NCBI GenBank assembly: GCA_963924565.1
Contig: OZ004610.1
Coordinates: 8,246,001 to 8,310,000, forward strand
Direction of reading: 5' to 3'
DNA from: Ascidiella aspersa
Lineage: Eukaryota
DNA: 64,000 nucleotides
This document shows, in pieces, positions 1 through 11,265 of the stretch (positions are counted from its first letter, which is position 1; each line of letters starts with the position of its first letter). The notes under the pieces were generated by a model that was not told the DNA's origin, did no database searches, and saw only the letters and a list, made by a program, of their open reading frames with translations. A program made the position numbers and the translations under genes.

Positions 1-443
1 TATGGTCCATTTCTTTTCTCTGTTACTGTGAACATAACTTTGGGTAAAAAAATACCGGATAAATAGACAAAAGGCTGTAAAAATCGTGATTGTCTAGCTT
101 TAATTTTTTTTTCTAACCTATATTCTTTACTATATTTTTATACATTTCTCAACTAATTTCTTAGTGTATTCTTATTTTTAAATTCTTTACATTTTTTAAG
201 ACGCAGATATCTATTTCAGTAAAGCATTCTCAAAAAATAAATAAGGTCAACCTCCTAATTTTTTACGAAAAGACTTTTTACTTTCTTGATAGAACACTAA
301 ACACGATAAAAATACATAAATATTTTTTTTTTTGGTTTTGAGTAAAAATGTCAGTGCTTCTATTTCCAGTCAATTTAAATTACCAATTTTTAGCGGAATC
401 AGCATTTCGTTTGTCTTCCTAAAAAATGTCGTTTGATTGACAG

Positions 444-3400
444 GCGCGAGAGCTCGGGAATCCCCGGAATCGTGAAGAAGTGTGTGGCTGAGGTGGAGCG
501 AAGGGGGATGGACGAAGTGGGGATTTACCGGGTTTCAGGGGTCGCTTCTGAGGTCCAGGCGCTCAAGGCATCCTTCGACACAAGTAAGTAGTGGATATAT
601 GTGTTGTGAAGAACTGTATAATTCAGCGGTTCTCAATTTTTTCACCTTGCTTCCTTAAAATAATGGCGGACTAGTAAAATGTTTAAAACAGAGAGAATTG
701 AAAAAATTACGGTCAAAAAAGCACTTTATTATTAAGTTCGACATACTAACTATGCTGGAGACAAGCTGTTGAAAGTTTTATTATCATTAAAAATTATAAG
801 GAAAATATTCTACCGAGTAATGTAATCTATATGCGTACAAAATAGGTGGCATTGTGCGGGTCCCTTTGAACGATTGTTGTTGATTTTTATTTTAATGTAG
901 TGATCTCAAACCTTTTTTTCTTACGACTCCTTTCGAAAAGTTTAGCAAATTAATAAGGATTTAACTAAATTTTTGCACCAAACCAAATTTATTATTATTT
1001 TGTTTTGTAAAAATCAATTGTTGAAGTTTTTTGCAACAATAACTTCGAATGTGTGTTTCGGGGTTTAAAATTCGCTATTGGCATTTTATTATCGCAGTTG
1101 AGTTTAAATAACCAAATCTTAGCGCGACCCCCTTAAAAAATTAAAATGACGCACAGTTCGGGGACCTAAATGTAACGTAACAAAAATCTGCTAACATTTT
1201 TAAAAAACAGTGTTTTTGGAAAAAAAAAGAATATCCTATTCTCCGGACAAAGAGAAATCGTACTTTCTCAAAGAGTTTTTACGAACCCTTTACTTTATCT
1301 TTCTCACCAGGTCGTAAGGACGTGACGATGCTTCTCGGTGAAGTCGACATAAATGCTGTGGCCGGGGTACTCAAGTTGTACTTTAGAGAATTACCCGAAC
1401 CGCTTTTTACCGACGCCAGATACAAGTAAGTTTCGATGTTAAATGTGAAGCGGGAAGTTTGTGGTGCTTTGGCTAACTAATTATGATGTCGGTGTCCTAG
1501 CAAAATAAAATTGAACGTTGACACCTTTTAAACACCGCTGTACCTGTTCCAACAACTGAAGGCGCTAATTAATACTCTAACCGACTAGAAACTGAGAACG
1601 GCATCCCAATATTTTATAACGTGTTTAGAAACGTTTTAATTGAGACGATGTCGATCTATTCGAACTTTTTGGCTTTGAAATTCATTATATTATCAAGCTA
1701 CATTACAGATCCGTGCATAGTATACCCAAAATAAAATTATATCTTGTTTTTACGGCCGATATTAGTATTTTTGACTTTCAAAAGTTGTTTGGAATAAACA
1801 AAAATATACCTGATAAATTGTTTAGAGAAAAATATTTTGCGACAAATCTGAGTTTCGGATAAAAGCTCAATTCAATCAATAGACAAATAAAAGGTTTTAA
1901 TACAGATGTTGGTTGTTGTTTGAACTGTTGTGTTTAAGAAGCAGTTAAACCTTCCCAATGAAATTAAGTTCTCCTGACAGGTCCGTTTGTGTTATTTGAG
2001 TGTAGCAACTAGCAATACATTTCAGCAATAACCCTTTTTTTACTTGACACCCGAATTTAAGTTGGCGTTGTTTTCAGCGATTTTGTTGAGGCTTCCACCC
2101 TCAAGGATCCTGAGACGAAACTTCGCACGATGACCAGTCTCCTGACTTCCCTCCCTCAAACCAACTACGTCACGCTGCACTTTCTCAGAGAACATCTCAT
2201 CAGGTGAGGAAAAATAAAGCGATCGACAGTTGGTTAAAACTTTTGTGTTGTTTTATTTAGTGTTTGTAGAGCTATTGGATTGCTTGCTTGTGTGGACAAT
2301 AAGAACCCCCAAAAATGATTTTATTTTATTTGTGGGTTAAATTTTAAAGGATAAAAAACGCTGATTTTATTGATGGATGTAAGTTGTCCTTCCGTACCAA
2401 CTTCCACGACAGAAAAATGTGCACTTTTGTTAGTCAACAGTGACAGTTTTACTCTATAAATCTGAAATATATATATAATGTCTAAATATCACCTCTTTCT
2501 GAAATAAAAAAAAAAAAAGTAATTTTCGGGTGACCTAAGTTGGCCGTTTGCAAAATGTGCTCCCCCCCAAACAAAACACTAACTTTAATACCCCTTTCTG
2601 CTTTCAGAGTGTCGAACAACGAGCCGGTGAACAAGATGAACCTCCACAACCTTGCTACAGTGTTCGGCCCGACACTGCTCCGACCAGCTGAGCAAAAGAC
2701 ACAACTGATTGATCCACATTCCGGAATGCTGAACGCTTTCAGACTCGACGTACATTACCAGGTGAGACAAACTTCTTAAGGCAATTTTTTAAGTTATATA
2801 TCTTGCCTTCTGCAAGGCATTAGTTTGAATGACCAAATAGTACGGTTAAACTTTTTCTTTTAAACTACGAGGTCGATTGACAATAAAGGCCATTAACGTA
2901 AACTTATCCCGATAGTAAAACTACTCACATTAAACTTTTTTTTAAAGTTTTAGAATTTTTAACTCTTCGGTTGAAATTTATAATAATTTTTTATTATCGA
3001 ATTTCTAGAATTTTTCTTGGCGATCTGACTCAAACGATGAACGACAACTAATAGTATAGTTTTAGAGATGTTAAAATTTATTATTAGTGGCCTACGTTGG
3101 TAAGTTGTTTGCATTAGTACACAAAATCATATACAAGAGATCCGTCTTACTTTGAGCAACACTAGCGTTGTCATTTTTTCATCTATTCACAAGTCCTGAA
3201 ACACAAGGCATTTTTAAGCTTAAGCTTAGACATGTTACAGATGCCATTTAAGCACTTTCTCTTTTGATATGAACAAACGCTTTCCACAGATTTATCATTA
3301 TAAATAGAGACACAATAAGCTGCTGTACTTTTACTAAAGCGTTTCTATTAAATACACCTTGCGAAATATTTCAGCCGTGAGACCATTGGAATTTTGGTTC

Positions 3401-3923
3401 GCGCCTCATAGTATTTGTGGACCCCTGGTCTAAGTTACACTACACTAGTTGCGTTATATCTGATCTCCCTTAAACTTTTCGTTAAAAACATCCCTTAATC
3501 TTTTTACATTTTCCCCTGCAGATGGACGTCCTCCTCTACTGCCTGGAAACTGCTACTCTTCCCTCCCTGGAGCAGCTCAAAGAGCAGAAGCGATCTTCGA
3601 GCGAAGGACAAAAGCAACAAAGCGATCCCGAGAAGAAAAAGCAGGATGACAGTTCTTCAACATCCAGCAAGAGCTCCGACACAAGTCCCACCCATCTTCC
3701 GGAGAAAGACTCTAAATCGAGCGATCCGAAGATTTCGGGATCCACCGTAGTTCCGGCACCTGCCTCCCAGCCCCGTTACCATGCCTACGAGGAGATCACC
3801 CCTTTTAAAAGCCCCGCCAAGCCCCCTATGACGCGAAAGCCGAGCGCCGGCCCCAAGCCCAAACCTGCCCCCAGGAAATCGTCCCTGATGAAACACCCCC
3901 GGCCAGTGGTCACCGATTTGTGA
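444..3923 (+). CDS. BCR: BCR/ABR-family RhoGAP, 3' portion (5' end outside window). Exons 444-583, 1311-1425, 2078-2203, 2608-2761, 3522-3923
   Basis: GT-AG, phase-consistent exons translate [84 protein letters not shown]/...[35 protein letters not shown]...QMDVLLY. This closely follows the vertebrate BCR/ABR GAP domain (GIYRVSG arginine finger, [12 protein letters not shown], [19 protein letters not shown]). BCR vs ABR cannot be resolved. Confidence 0.92.
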
Positions 3924-5249
3924 ATCTCGAGAGAGTTTTCTTTGATTTGTCGCGCTGTTTCAACGAAGTGCGTTTTTATTGTGTTTTGTTTGAATTCTTC
4001 TTCTTACGGCTGCATTGTTTTTTCTTGGCTTCCATCAAAACTATTTAATTTGGAAATATCGAAGCCCCACAAAGTGACACGTTTCTCGTAAATCCTTACT
4101 TATTTTCGACCATAGATGTTAAAAATTATGAAATTGATTCGAAAAGTTCACCCAACGTCGCCTTCTAACTCCAGGCAATGCGCTCACAGTTTATGTGTTT
4201 CTTTGTTTAAAATATGCCGCCTGTCCGTTTCGGGTTTAGATTTAACGTTCGAATAATGTCAGTAAAATTTATTTGGTCTTAGATTTTTGTGCTGGATTTT
4301 ATCGTTTTTATTCCAAATTTTTTGTTGAGGTCTCTCATCTTTTTGAGTCAGTGCATCATATTATACAAAAAATTATAAATATTTCGATTAAATATCTTTG
4401 AAAAAAACATTTGAAGCCGATTTTAGTTTTTCTTTCAAGCATTTTCGATTACAAGAATGTATTTGCGACTGAAACTTATTTTATTTTGGTTGTTCAACTT
4501 CTAGTTGCCCTTTGAATCGTTGTATGAAACCATTGGTATTTATTCGTGCGACCCACCTACAACCCAAAAGGGCTTTGCACTTAAGTTTACTGACTTGTAG
4601 GTACGCCGTGGTACTGAGGTACTGATTGTTCTGGTAAATTTTAACACGCAAGCAAAGCCGTTAATTTTTTAACCAAATTGGTTTTATGTACAACACAAGG
4701 GAATAAAAATAATAGTATAAAAATAACCCTCAACTGTTTTTTTCTAGTTTCCAGTCTTATTTTAAGCTGCGCTGCGTTTTTTCTAAAAACCTTATATTTT
4801 ACTGGATTGGCGTAAGTCCGAACCCATTGTTGGTAATGTCTTAATTGTGTAGCAACTTTTGTTTCACATTCTTGAAAAAGCAGCTCTTTTTCGGCCTGAT
4901 ACACACTTTATTCTTTTAATTTCTCGCGATCAATTTCTCCGCTTTTTCTCACTGTCCGCGACTTTCGAATCCGCTGTAGCGAAATCACCGCCGCCGATTT
5001 TTTTTGCGTTTTTCGTTTCGTGCGATTTTTCTATGACGCTTCGATCAAGATTCGTTTTACATTGCGCTGTAGCAATTTTTGACACGGTCAATGTGGCGTT
5101 AACTCTGCTGAGATCTCAGCTCAGCAAAACCAGCTTATTTGTGCAATATAGGTTTGCAAAAACTGCCCTGATTCCGTTTGCCACAGAAAATATCGTTTTT
5201 GCGCTATAAGCTTAAAAACATGACCAAAGTAAATGGCACACTTCAACAG

Positions 5250-5585
5250 TAGGAATGTCCGAATACCGGATGGGAGACGATACCCGATGTCAAGTGGTAT
5301 TATCGGTACTCGTCCGATAACGTTACCGATCGGATACCAAATTAAATTGCAAATTTCACCCATGTTTCGCGAAACAACGTAGTTTTCTACTCTGAGATGC
5401 AAACTTTCGGAAGTAATATTCCATTAAAAGTCACCCGATCTTGAAAAGCCAATTTCCGCTAATACCCTGAAAATCAATACTATTGCAGTTTTCAACTTGA
5501 TGAATTTTGTTTATTAAACCATAATATGGCGTCAATTGTTATCGGACCGCGATACTTGAAAAATATTAGGTATCTGACATTCCTA
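5250..5585. mobile_element. Non-autonomous DNA transposon (hAT-like MITE), ~336 bp
   Basis: Terminal inverted repeats TAGGAATGTCCGAATACC (5250) and GGTATCTGACATTCCTA (ends 5585); flanks ttcaacag / tttaacat match 6/8 (degenerate 8-bp TSD). Confidence 0.6.
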
Positions 5586-6533
5586 TTTAACATTAATGCT
5601 AGGTTTCGTGTTATTTATGGTACTGGTACGAGAGTTCCACCCATTGGTAACATTTCGACAGCAAGGATTGTTTTGTGACTTTTTTTCTTTTTCGCGCTTA
5701 CGTCACACCTTCACGCTGGTAAAAAAATTCGTGCATCGTATTTTAAATATTATTTGCTGTAATAAATTAATCCTTTCTTGAACGAGGTTGAGATGAATTA
5801 GAGTAGATAAGAGTTACGCTTTAAAATATAGTGAAATACTTAAAAAGGTCATCTATGTTTAGTAAACCGGAATATTTAATACACCAGAAGAACATTCTTG
5901 TATTATGTAGCCAAATTAAATCAAAAGTTTGTACAGAAAAACAAATTTAAAAACCTAAAAAAAATATGGTTGGTTACTATTCTGTTCAATTATCAACTTC
6001 ATCGACTAACTTAAAACGCTAGCTTATTGGCTGTAGCAGAAAGACTTCGCATTCTCAGTATGAAGCATGTTAGTTTCATTCGTGCATTGCAACAAATAAG
6101 CGAAACAATCTGGTGACCCTACTTACAAGTTAACTGTCAAACAGTTTAGAGAACCCAGAGAAAGTGCATTTTTGCTTTTAACGTTTAATTATGAAAAGCT
6201 TCTAAAATGAAACAAGTCGTTTTACAAAAAAAAAACTATCCTCTGATTTTTTTTTGAATTTTTGCATATTCAATCACAGTCGAAATATAAAACAAAATAT
6301 GCCACACAATAAAAAGCAAGCAATGAATATAAGTGGCTTAACCGTAGAAATAAAAAAATATATATTTATCTTGGTTAGAAAGGTTAATCAATAAACATCA
6401 AATTATACCAACAAATCAAGATTGCACCAAATGGTTTAAAACAATTAACAAGGTGTTTAATCATGATAACATCTATAATAAAAAATATATAAAAACAAAA
6501 AAGGTCAAAAGTTATCAATGGAAAATTGCTTCA

Positions 6534-7877
6534 TTATTGCAATGAAATTAGCAATTTGCATTCACAGATAACCCAGCTATCTTCTAATTGTAACTTTTTT
6601 AACTGGAATTCCTGACCAAAAACTGCTTTTGGCACAGATGGCTGTCCTTCATCAAGGCGGCGAACAATGCCGCTTGTATTCACACCAACAGTTTCGCCTG
6701 TGTTTACGACAGGGGTCACCGAATCACAAGAAAATATAAAATGATTGACGCGCACAAGGTCTGATAGCTTTCGCTCTGCGATATCAGCCCCTTGGTAGTT
6801 CTCCAATGTTATCTCAGAGGTTTCAGGTTGGGTTACTTGAATGCTCAGTTCACAATCTTGGCTGAAATATGCCATGGCTAAAGCTTGCTGTGGTTGTAGG
6901 ATGATGTTGTTCAGCTTTTCGTAAAACATTTCCACAAATTCTTTGGCCAATCTTGAAACATCGTCAAAAGACATATTTTGACTGCTTGTGGAAGGATCAA
7001 GATGACTTTTATCTTCTGAAAATGGCTGCTGGCATATGTATATTATTAGTATTAGATGGCATGCTCAATAATTGTTACATAAATGTGAAACAAGTATAAA
7101 AAGTTAAAAAACTTGCAGTTGACTTGACCAGTTAACATAGAACATTTTTCAAGATTGACATATACTGATAAGTTTACCTGGTATAGCGATACCATATTGC
7201 AACTTGGAAAACAAACATTTACCGAGTCTGCTTGAGAAGATGTGTTTGTTGGTATTGGTGAATCCATTCCATAAAGAACTTGCCAATAATTTATAATAGT
7301 CCTAATTAGCACATCTTTATCGCTTGATGGCAAGACAGACACTCCCTTCAGAAAAACAAAACTGTTTAGTTAGAAAAACAGTGTTTTTAAAAATCAAACA
7401 AATAGATTGGAGGTTACTTGTAGATGCAAATATTTGAAAAGGTAATCACGTTTCATCTTTTTTCTTTGCAGCAATTCCTTTCCTGATTGAGAAAACTGCA
7501 ATATAGCAGTAATTGTCTCTGCAGAATACAAAAGGTTTAGATTTGAAATTTATATAGAACATTTTACACACCAGTGTTCTTAATTTATGTTTTTCATTAA
7601 CACTGTTAATTTGTAGGTGAGTTATACTGCTTTATGTCATGAAATTCAACATACAAATCAGAAAAAGGTTTGACTATACCAAATAGACCCAAAAAATCAA
7701 GAATAGCAATTTGCAAACTCTTTACAAGAGTTGCCATGTGCAAGGTGCTTTACCTTCCACACTTTCTGTAACAATCAAATTTTTCGTTATTGTGTCTTTT
7801 AGAGAAAGCAGGTCAGAATATGGCTGGACAAGTCGGACTATCTTTTCACATTCATTATGTTCTATTCCAACCAACAT
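6534..7877 (-). CDS. C3orf38: C3orf38-like (DUF4518) protein. Exons 7877-7754, 7518-7418, 7345-7223 (alternative donor at 7178), 7028-6534
   Basis: Spliced product MLVGIEHNECEKIVRLVQPYSDLLSLKDTITKNLIV...AILQFSQSGKELLQRKKMKRDYLFKYLHLQGVSVLPSSDKDVLIRTIINYWQ...RLAKEFVEMFYEKLN...YQGADIAERKLSDLV...FGQEFQL...DSWVI matches recalled human C3orf38 blocks ([68 protein letters not shown]...NTWKI). All junctions are GT-AG and in phase. Confidence 0.85.
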
Positions 7878-8039
7878 ACTGGTAAAATTTGAAATGCATT
7901 CGCTTAATTTTTTCGGCTGCGTTCTTGTGCCGATTGAAGTTCACTGCTTTTTAAGAGTTTAAGTAATAAAATTTGCAAAGGCGTGATATGCTGCGTTACT
8001 ATGGATATAGAATTAAAACGGTCATTTTGCGAAAAACAA

Positions 8040-8270
8040 AGTTTACATTATATTTCCGGACTTTCCCTAACAATACTTCTCATGACGTAAAGAATCGTAA
8101 AATTTGGTATGGTTGGTTAAAACTAAAGATTATTTTTGTTATTATATTTATACTAATAGTTTAAAAATAAAAACCTTGCGATATTCAATAAGTTCAATGA
8201 TTAATTACTTATCAAGACTTTTTTTACCAATAAACAATAAAATTTAATGTTAGAAAATGGCGTTCGTTTT
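8040..8270. promoter_or_regulatory. Candidate bidirectional promoter between C3orf38-like (-) and TTC4/MNAT1 (+)
   Basis: Head-to-head genes; ETS-like TTTCCGG (8053), CRE-like TGACGTAA (8083) and YY1-type AAAATGGCG (8254) are clustered. TSS not determinable. Confidence 0.4.
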
Positions 8271-8533
8271 TATTTTCTTGTGAACCAATAAGTTACATAC
8301 GTTTTCTCACAATTTCATGGGGGAACCGTGCACTGCACATTGTGCGCTGTGCACGTTTTGGTTTTAAGATTTGTGTATCATAGCTGCGCATTTTGCGTAA
8401 AATCGCCGCAATTACCTCAGCCGCGAAAAGTCGTCAACCGCGCAACTTTAGTGGGGCTTACGGTCTTTAGTAAAGTACTTGGCGCTGGTCTAGATTCTTA
8501 CAAATTCTAGAAAAAGGTTATTGTGCTAGATTA

Positions 8534-9066
8534 CTGACTCAGGTGTGCATAAAACCTAAATAGCACACCTAAACATCGGGCGATAGACACCCAAGATATC
8601 GGCATGAAGTGCCATGAAATTGAAATGCAGACTGATCTGTATGGGAATCTTGGCAAGTGCGACACCGAAGTATTTTCAACAGACCAAATTCATACCCCAT
8701 ACTATTAAACATATACCCCGATTTTCCTATACTTAACACTAGCAAAGTGCATTTTTCATCTTTACTACACTAAGTTTATGCTTTTTCGGCTCTGATCTAG
8801 AATCCTACCGCAGTTATTAAATCAATGCGTAATAGGAGTGATAGTTAGCGTTTGAGTGTGGTTGGAATAAAATTGCATAACCCACCCCAACTCAAGTAAT
8901 GTGCGGTGTGGTAGGATTCTAAACCAGCACCGATTTTTCCGCCATGCTCTCAGTTAACTCTCATCAAGATCTGTCATACTTTCCAGACTGGATTGTAGCT
9001 AGTCTGCATTCTGAAACATTTTCCACTCAAGATTTTCAAAATGATTTATGTGCACACCTTAGTTGG
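8534..9066. mobile_element. Tc1/mariner-like MITE (TA TSD) containing a nested fold-back element
   Basis: ta|CTGACTCAGGTGTGCA ... TGCACACCTTAGTTGG|ta. The ends are inverted copies; two differences are explicable by CpG decay of CCGACT/AGTCGG. Confidence 0.5.
8788..8931. mobile_element. Fold-back MITE family A, copy 1 (TIR GGYGCTGGTCTAGAATCCTACC); a solo TIR fragment also lies at 8481-8498
   Basis: GGCTCTGATCTAGAATCCTACC ... GGTAGGATTCTAAACCAGCACC; flanks gctttttc / gatttttc (7/8); same family as copies at 49215 and 49478. Confidence 0.75.
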
Positions 9067-9686
9067 TAAGCTCAAGTTTTGCATTAAGCATAAATTATTT
9101 GTTGGTTTAGTGTCCTGATTTCAAGGATCCCAAAACCAAACAGTGTCATCATTTGCCATGAAATATCACCTGCCTTGTGAATTAGCAAGCATTAATTGGC
9201 ATTTTACATATATATTGCCACATTTGAACAGGATTTTTATTTTGGTTGAATCTTTGGCTGCAACAAATTAGGGAATGCAGTCAGGGTCGAAAAAAAAATC
9301 TGTGGGTCACACAAAAACATTGAAATAAGGTTGGGTTGAAATTAAAACACTTGGAAAGCCCTGATCTTTCAAGCCCATCGGGAAAGTATGGTAGACCTTG
9401 ACGAGATCTCACAGGTGACCAGGTGCAAATAAGGTCAAAAGTGCACCCCGCCAATATAACATATTAGAAAACCAGGTGAATATTCATTTTCTAGGGGTGC
9501 AGGTCTAGTCTCTTATAAAAAAATTGTGGGTGAACTTGCCCCACTTTCCATAGTGACTTTCAGGGAAGAAATTATTAAAATATTACAATTTAGCCTTTTT
9601 CTATTACAAGGATTCCACTAATAATGTTTAGTACCAGGCATTGAAAGTGTATTTTTTGTCAATAATTTAGTAATTAAGTCTTGATC

Positions 9687-10898
9687 ATGGCGGAAAAAAA
9701 AGCAAAAATGACTGATGAAGAGCGGAGGGTTCTTATTGATGAAATGAACAAAGAGACCGATGAGTATATTAAGGATTCACTTGAAAGGAGCAAAAATAAA
9801 GGCTATAAGTACGATGAAGGGTTTACGTCGGAGAACATTGATGATATCTTGGCCACACATCCGGCTTTTATGACTAAGGACCCAACCCCGGAACAAATTG
9901 AAAAAAGTCCGCTGTTGCAAGGATTACAATCTTTGCAGTATGAGGATCCAGATGATACACCTGAAGAAAAAGCTATTGCATACAAAAAGGATGGCAACTT
10001 CCAATTCAAATGCAAAAAATACAAGATGGCTTGTTTAGCTTACTCAGAAGCCCTGCGAAAAAAGTTTGATAATAATGAATTGCGGGCAGTTTTATTCACC
10101 AACAGGTCAGCTGCCAATTTTTACCTTCAAAACTTTAGGTCATCACTTCTGGATGCAAATCAAGCCGTTAAGCATAAACCAAATCACATTAAAGCTTTGG
10201 TGAAGTGTTGCCAATGTTGTCATGCTCTGAAGAGGTATGACCAAGCAATAACATGGTCTACAATTCTTTTGGATTTGGATGAAAAGCATGAACTTGCCTC
10301 CGAAATTCTTAGCGCAAGCAAAAATCTTTTACAAATTGAAAAGCGAGACCAAAGAAAGGCAAAGCTTCTGATGAAAAAGCGAATCGAAAACGAGGACAAG
10401 CTTCTAAAGGCCATCAGATCCCGAGGAATTTACCTTGTACTAAAAGAAAGAAAAGCAAATGACGACGATGATATAACCATGGACCGATTAACTTTGGATA
10501 GTCTTGAAAATCAGAGCAGTTCAAAGGCGAGTGTTTATTTGGACGAGGAAGGAAACCTGATATGGCCAGTGATGTTTTTGTACCCTGAATACAAAACCAC
10601 CGATTTTGTTGAAAAGTGCAACGAAAATTGTTTGCTTCAAGAACTTTTGTCAGTTATGTTTGAAAATCAAGCGGATTGGGATAGAGATCATGACTACAAA
10701 ATGGAAACAATTGAAGTTTACTTTGAAGGAGCAAGCGATATTCTTTATCATGTTGATATAAATAGTACTCTGTTGACAATTATTTCTAACAAAGATTTTC
10801 GAGTAAAAGCGGGAACACCAAATCTTTTCATACTATCCAATGCGTCCTCCTTTCACAAGCATTTTGTATCAAATTATGACAAAGTTGTTGATTTGTAA
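9687..10898 (+). CDS. TTC4: Tetratricopeptide repeat protein 4 (TTC4/Cns1 family Hsp70/Hsp90 co-chaperone), intronless CDS, 403 aa
   Basis: HPAFMTK...LQGLQSLQY...PEEKAIAYKKDGNFQFKCKKY...YSEAL...LFTNRSAANFYLQNFRSSLLDA (TPRs) and C-terminal LDEEGNLIWPVMFLYPEYKTTDFV...GTPNLFIL are TTC4 hallmarks. ATG at 9687 (the track's 9681 is TTG); splice-acceptor-like tttag ends 9670. Confidence 0.93.
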   Translation: MAEKKAKMTDEERRVLIDEMNKETDEYIKDSLERSKNKGYKYDEGFTSENIDDILATHPAFMTKDPTPEQIEKSPLLQGLQSLQYEDPDDTPEEKAIAYKKDGNFQFKCKKYKMACLAYSEALRKKFDNNELRAVLFTNRSAANFYLQNFRSSLLDANQAVKHKPNHIKALVKCCQCCHALKRYDQAITWSTILLDLDEKHELASEILSASKNLLQIEKRDQRKAKLLMKKRIENEDKLLKAIRSRGIYLVLKERKANDDDDITMDRLTLDSLENQSSSKASVYLDEEGNLIWPVMFLYPEYKTTDFVEKCNENCLLQELLSVMFENQADWDRDHDYKMETIEVYFEGASDILYHVDINSTLLTIISNKDFRVKAGTPNLFILSNASSFHKHFVSNYDKVVDL

Positions 10899-11265
10899 AA
10901 GCTACATCAAGGTGTAACCTGTGTTAAACAATGTTGCATTAATTTTTAAATGGTGCTATGTATAATGTATCCATAGGAAAAATTTAAAACTTTAGGTATT
11001 TTGGACTTTTTTGGACTTTTTTTTAGGATTTTTTTATCTTAATTTAATCTTACAATTTTATTTAAAGCCCAACACATGGATTTCTACTTTTTTAGGGAGA
11101 GACAAGACACACTTGTTGAGCAGCTTAATCTGTCTAATTTTTTACAAGTTTTATCATGTGTAATTTTGTAGACCATTTTGGTTCCAAATGCATAAAATTA
11201 ATATGACTTTAATTAATCTTTGTAAAACTTGCAGACACAGGGATAGTTAAATTGTCAAAGCCACT

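Noticed and set aside
4641-5781. Short ORFs between BCR and C3orf38-like
   Set aside because: No recognisable homology or coherent splice structure; they partly overlap transposon-derived sequence.
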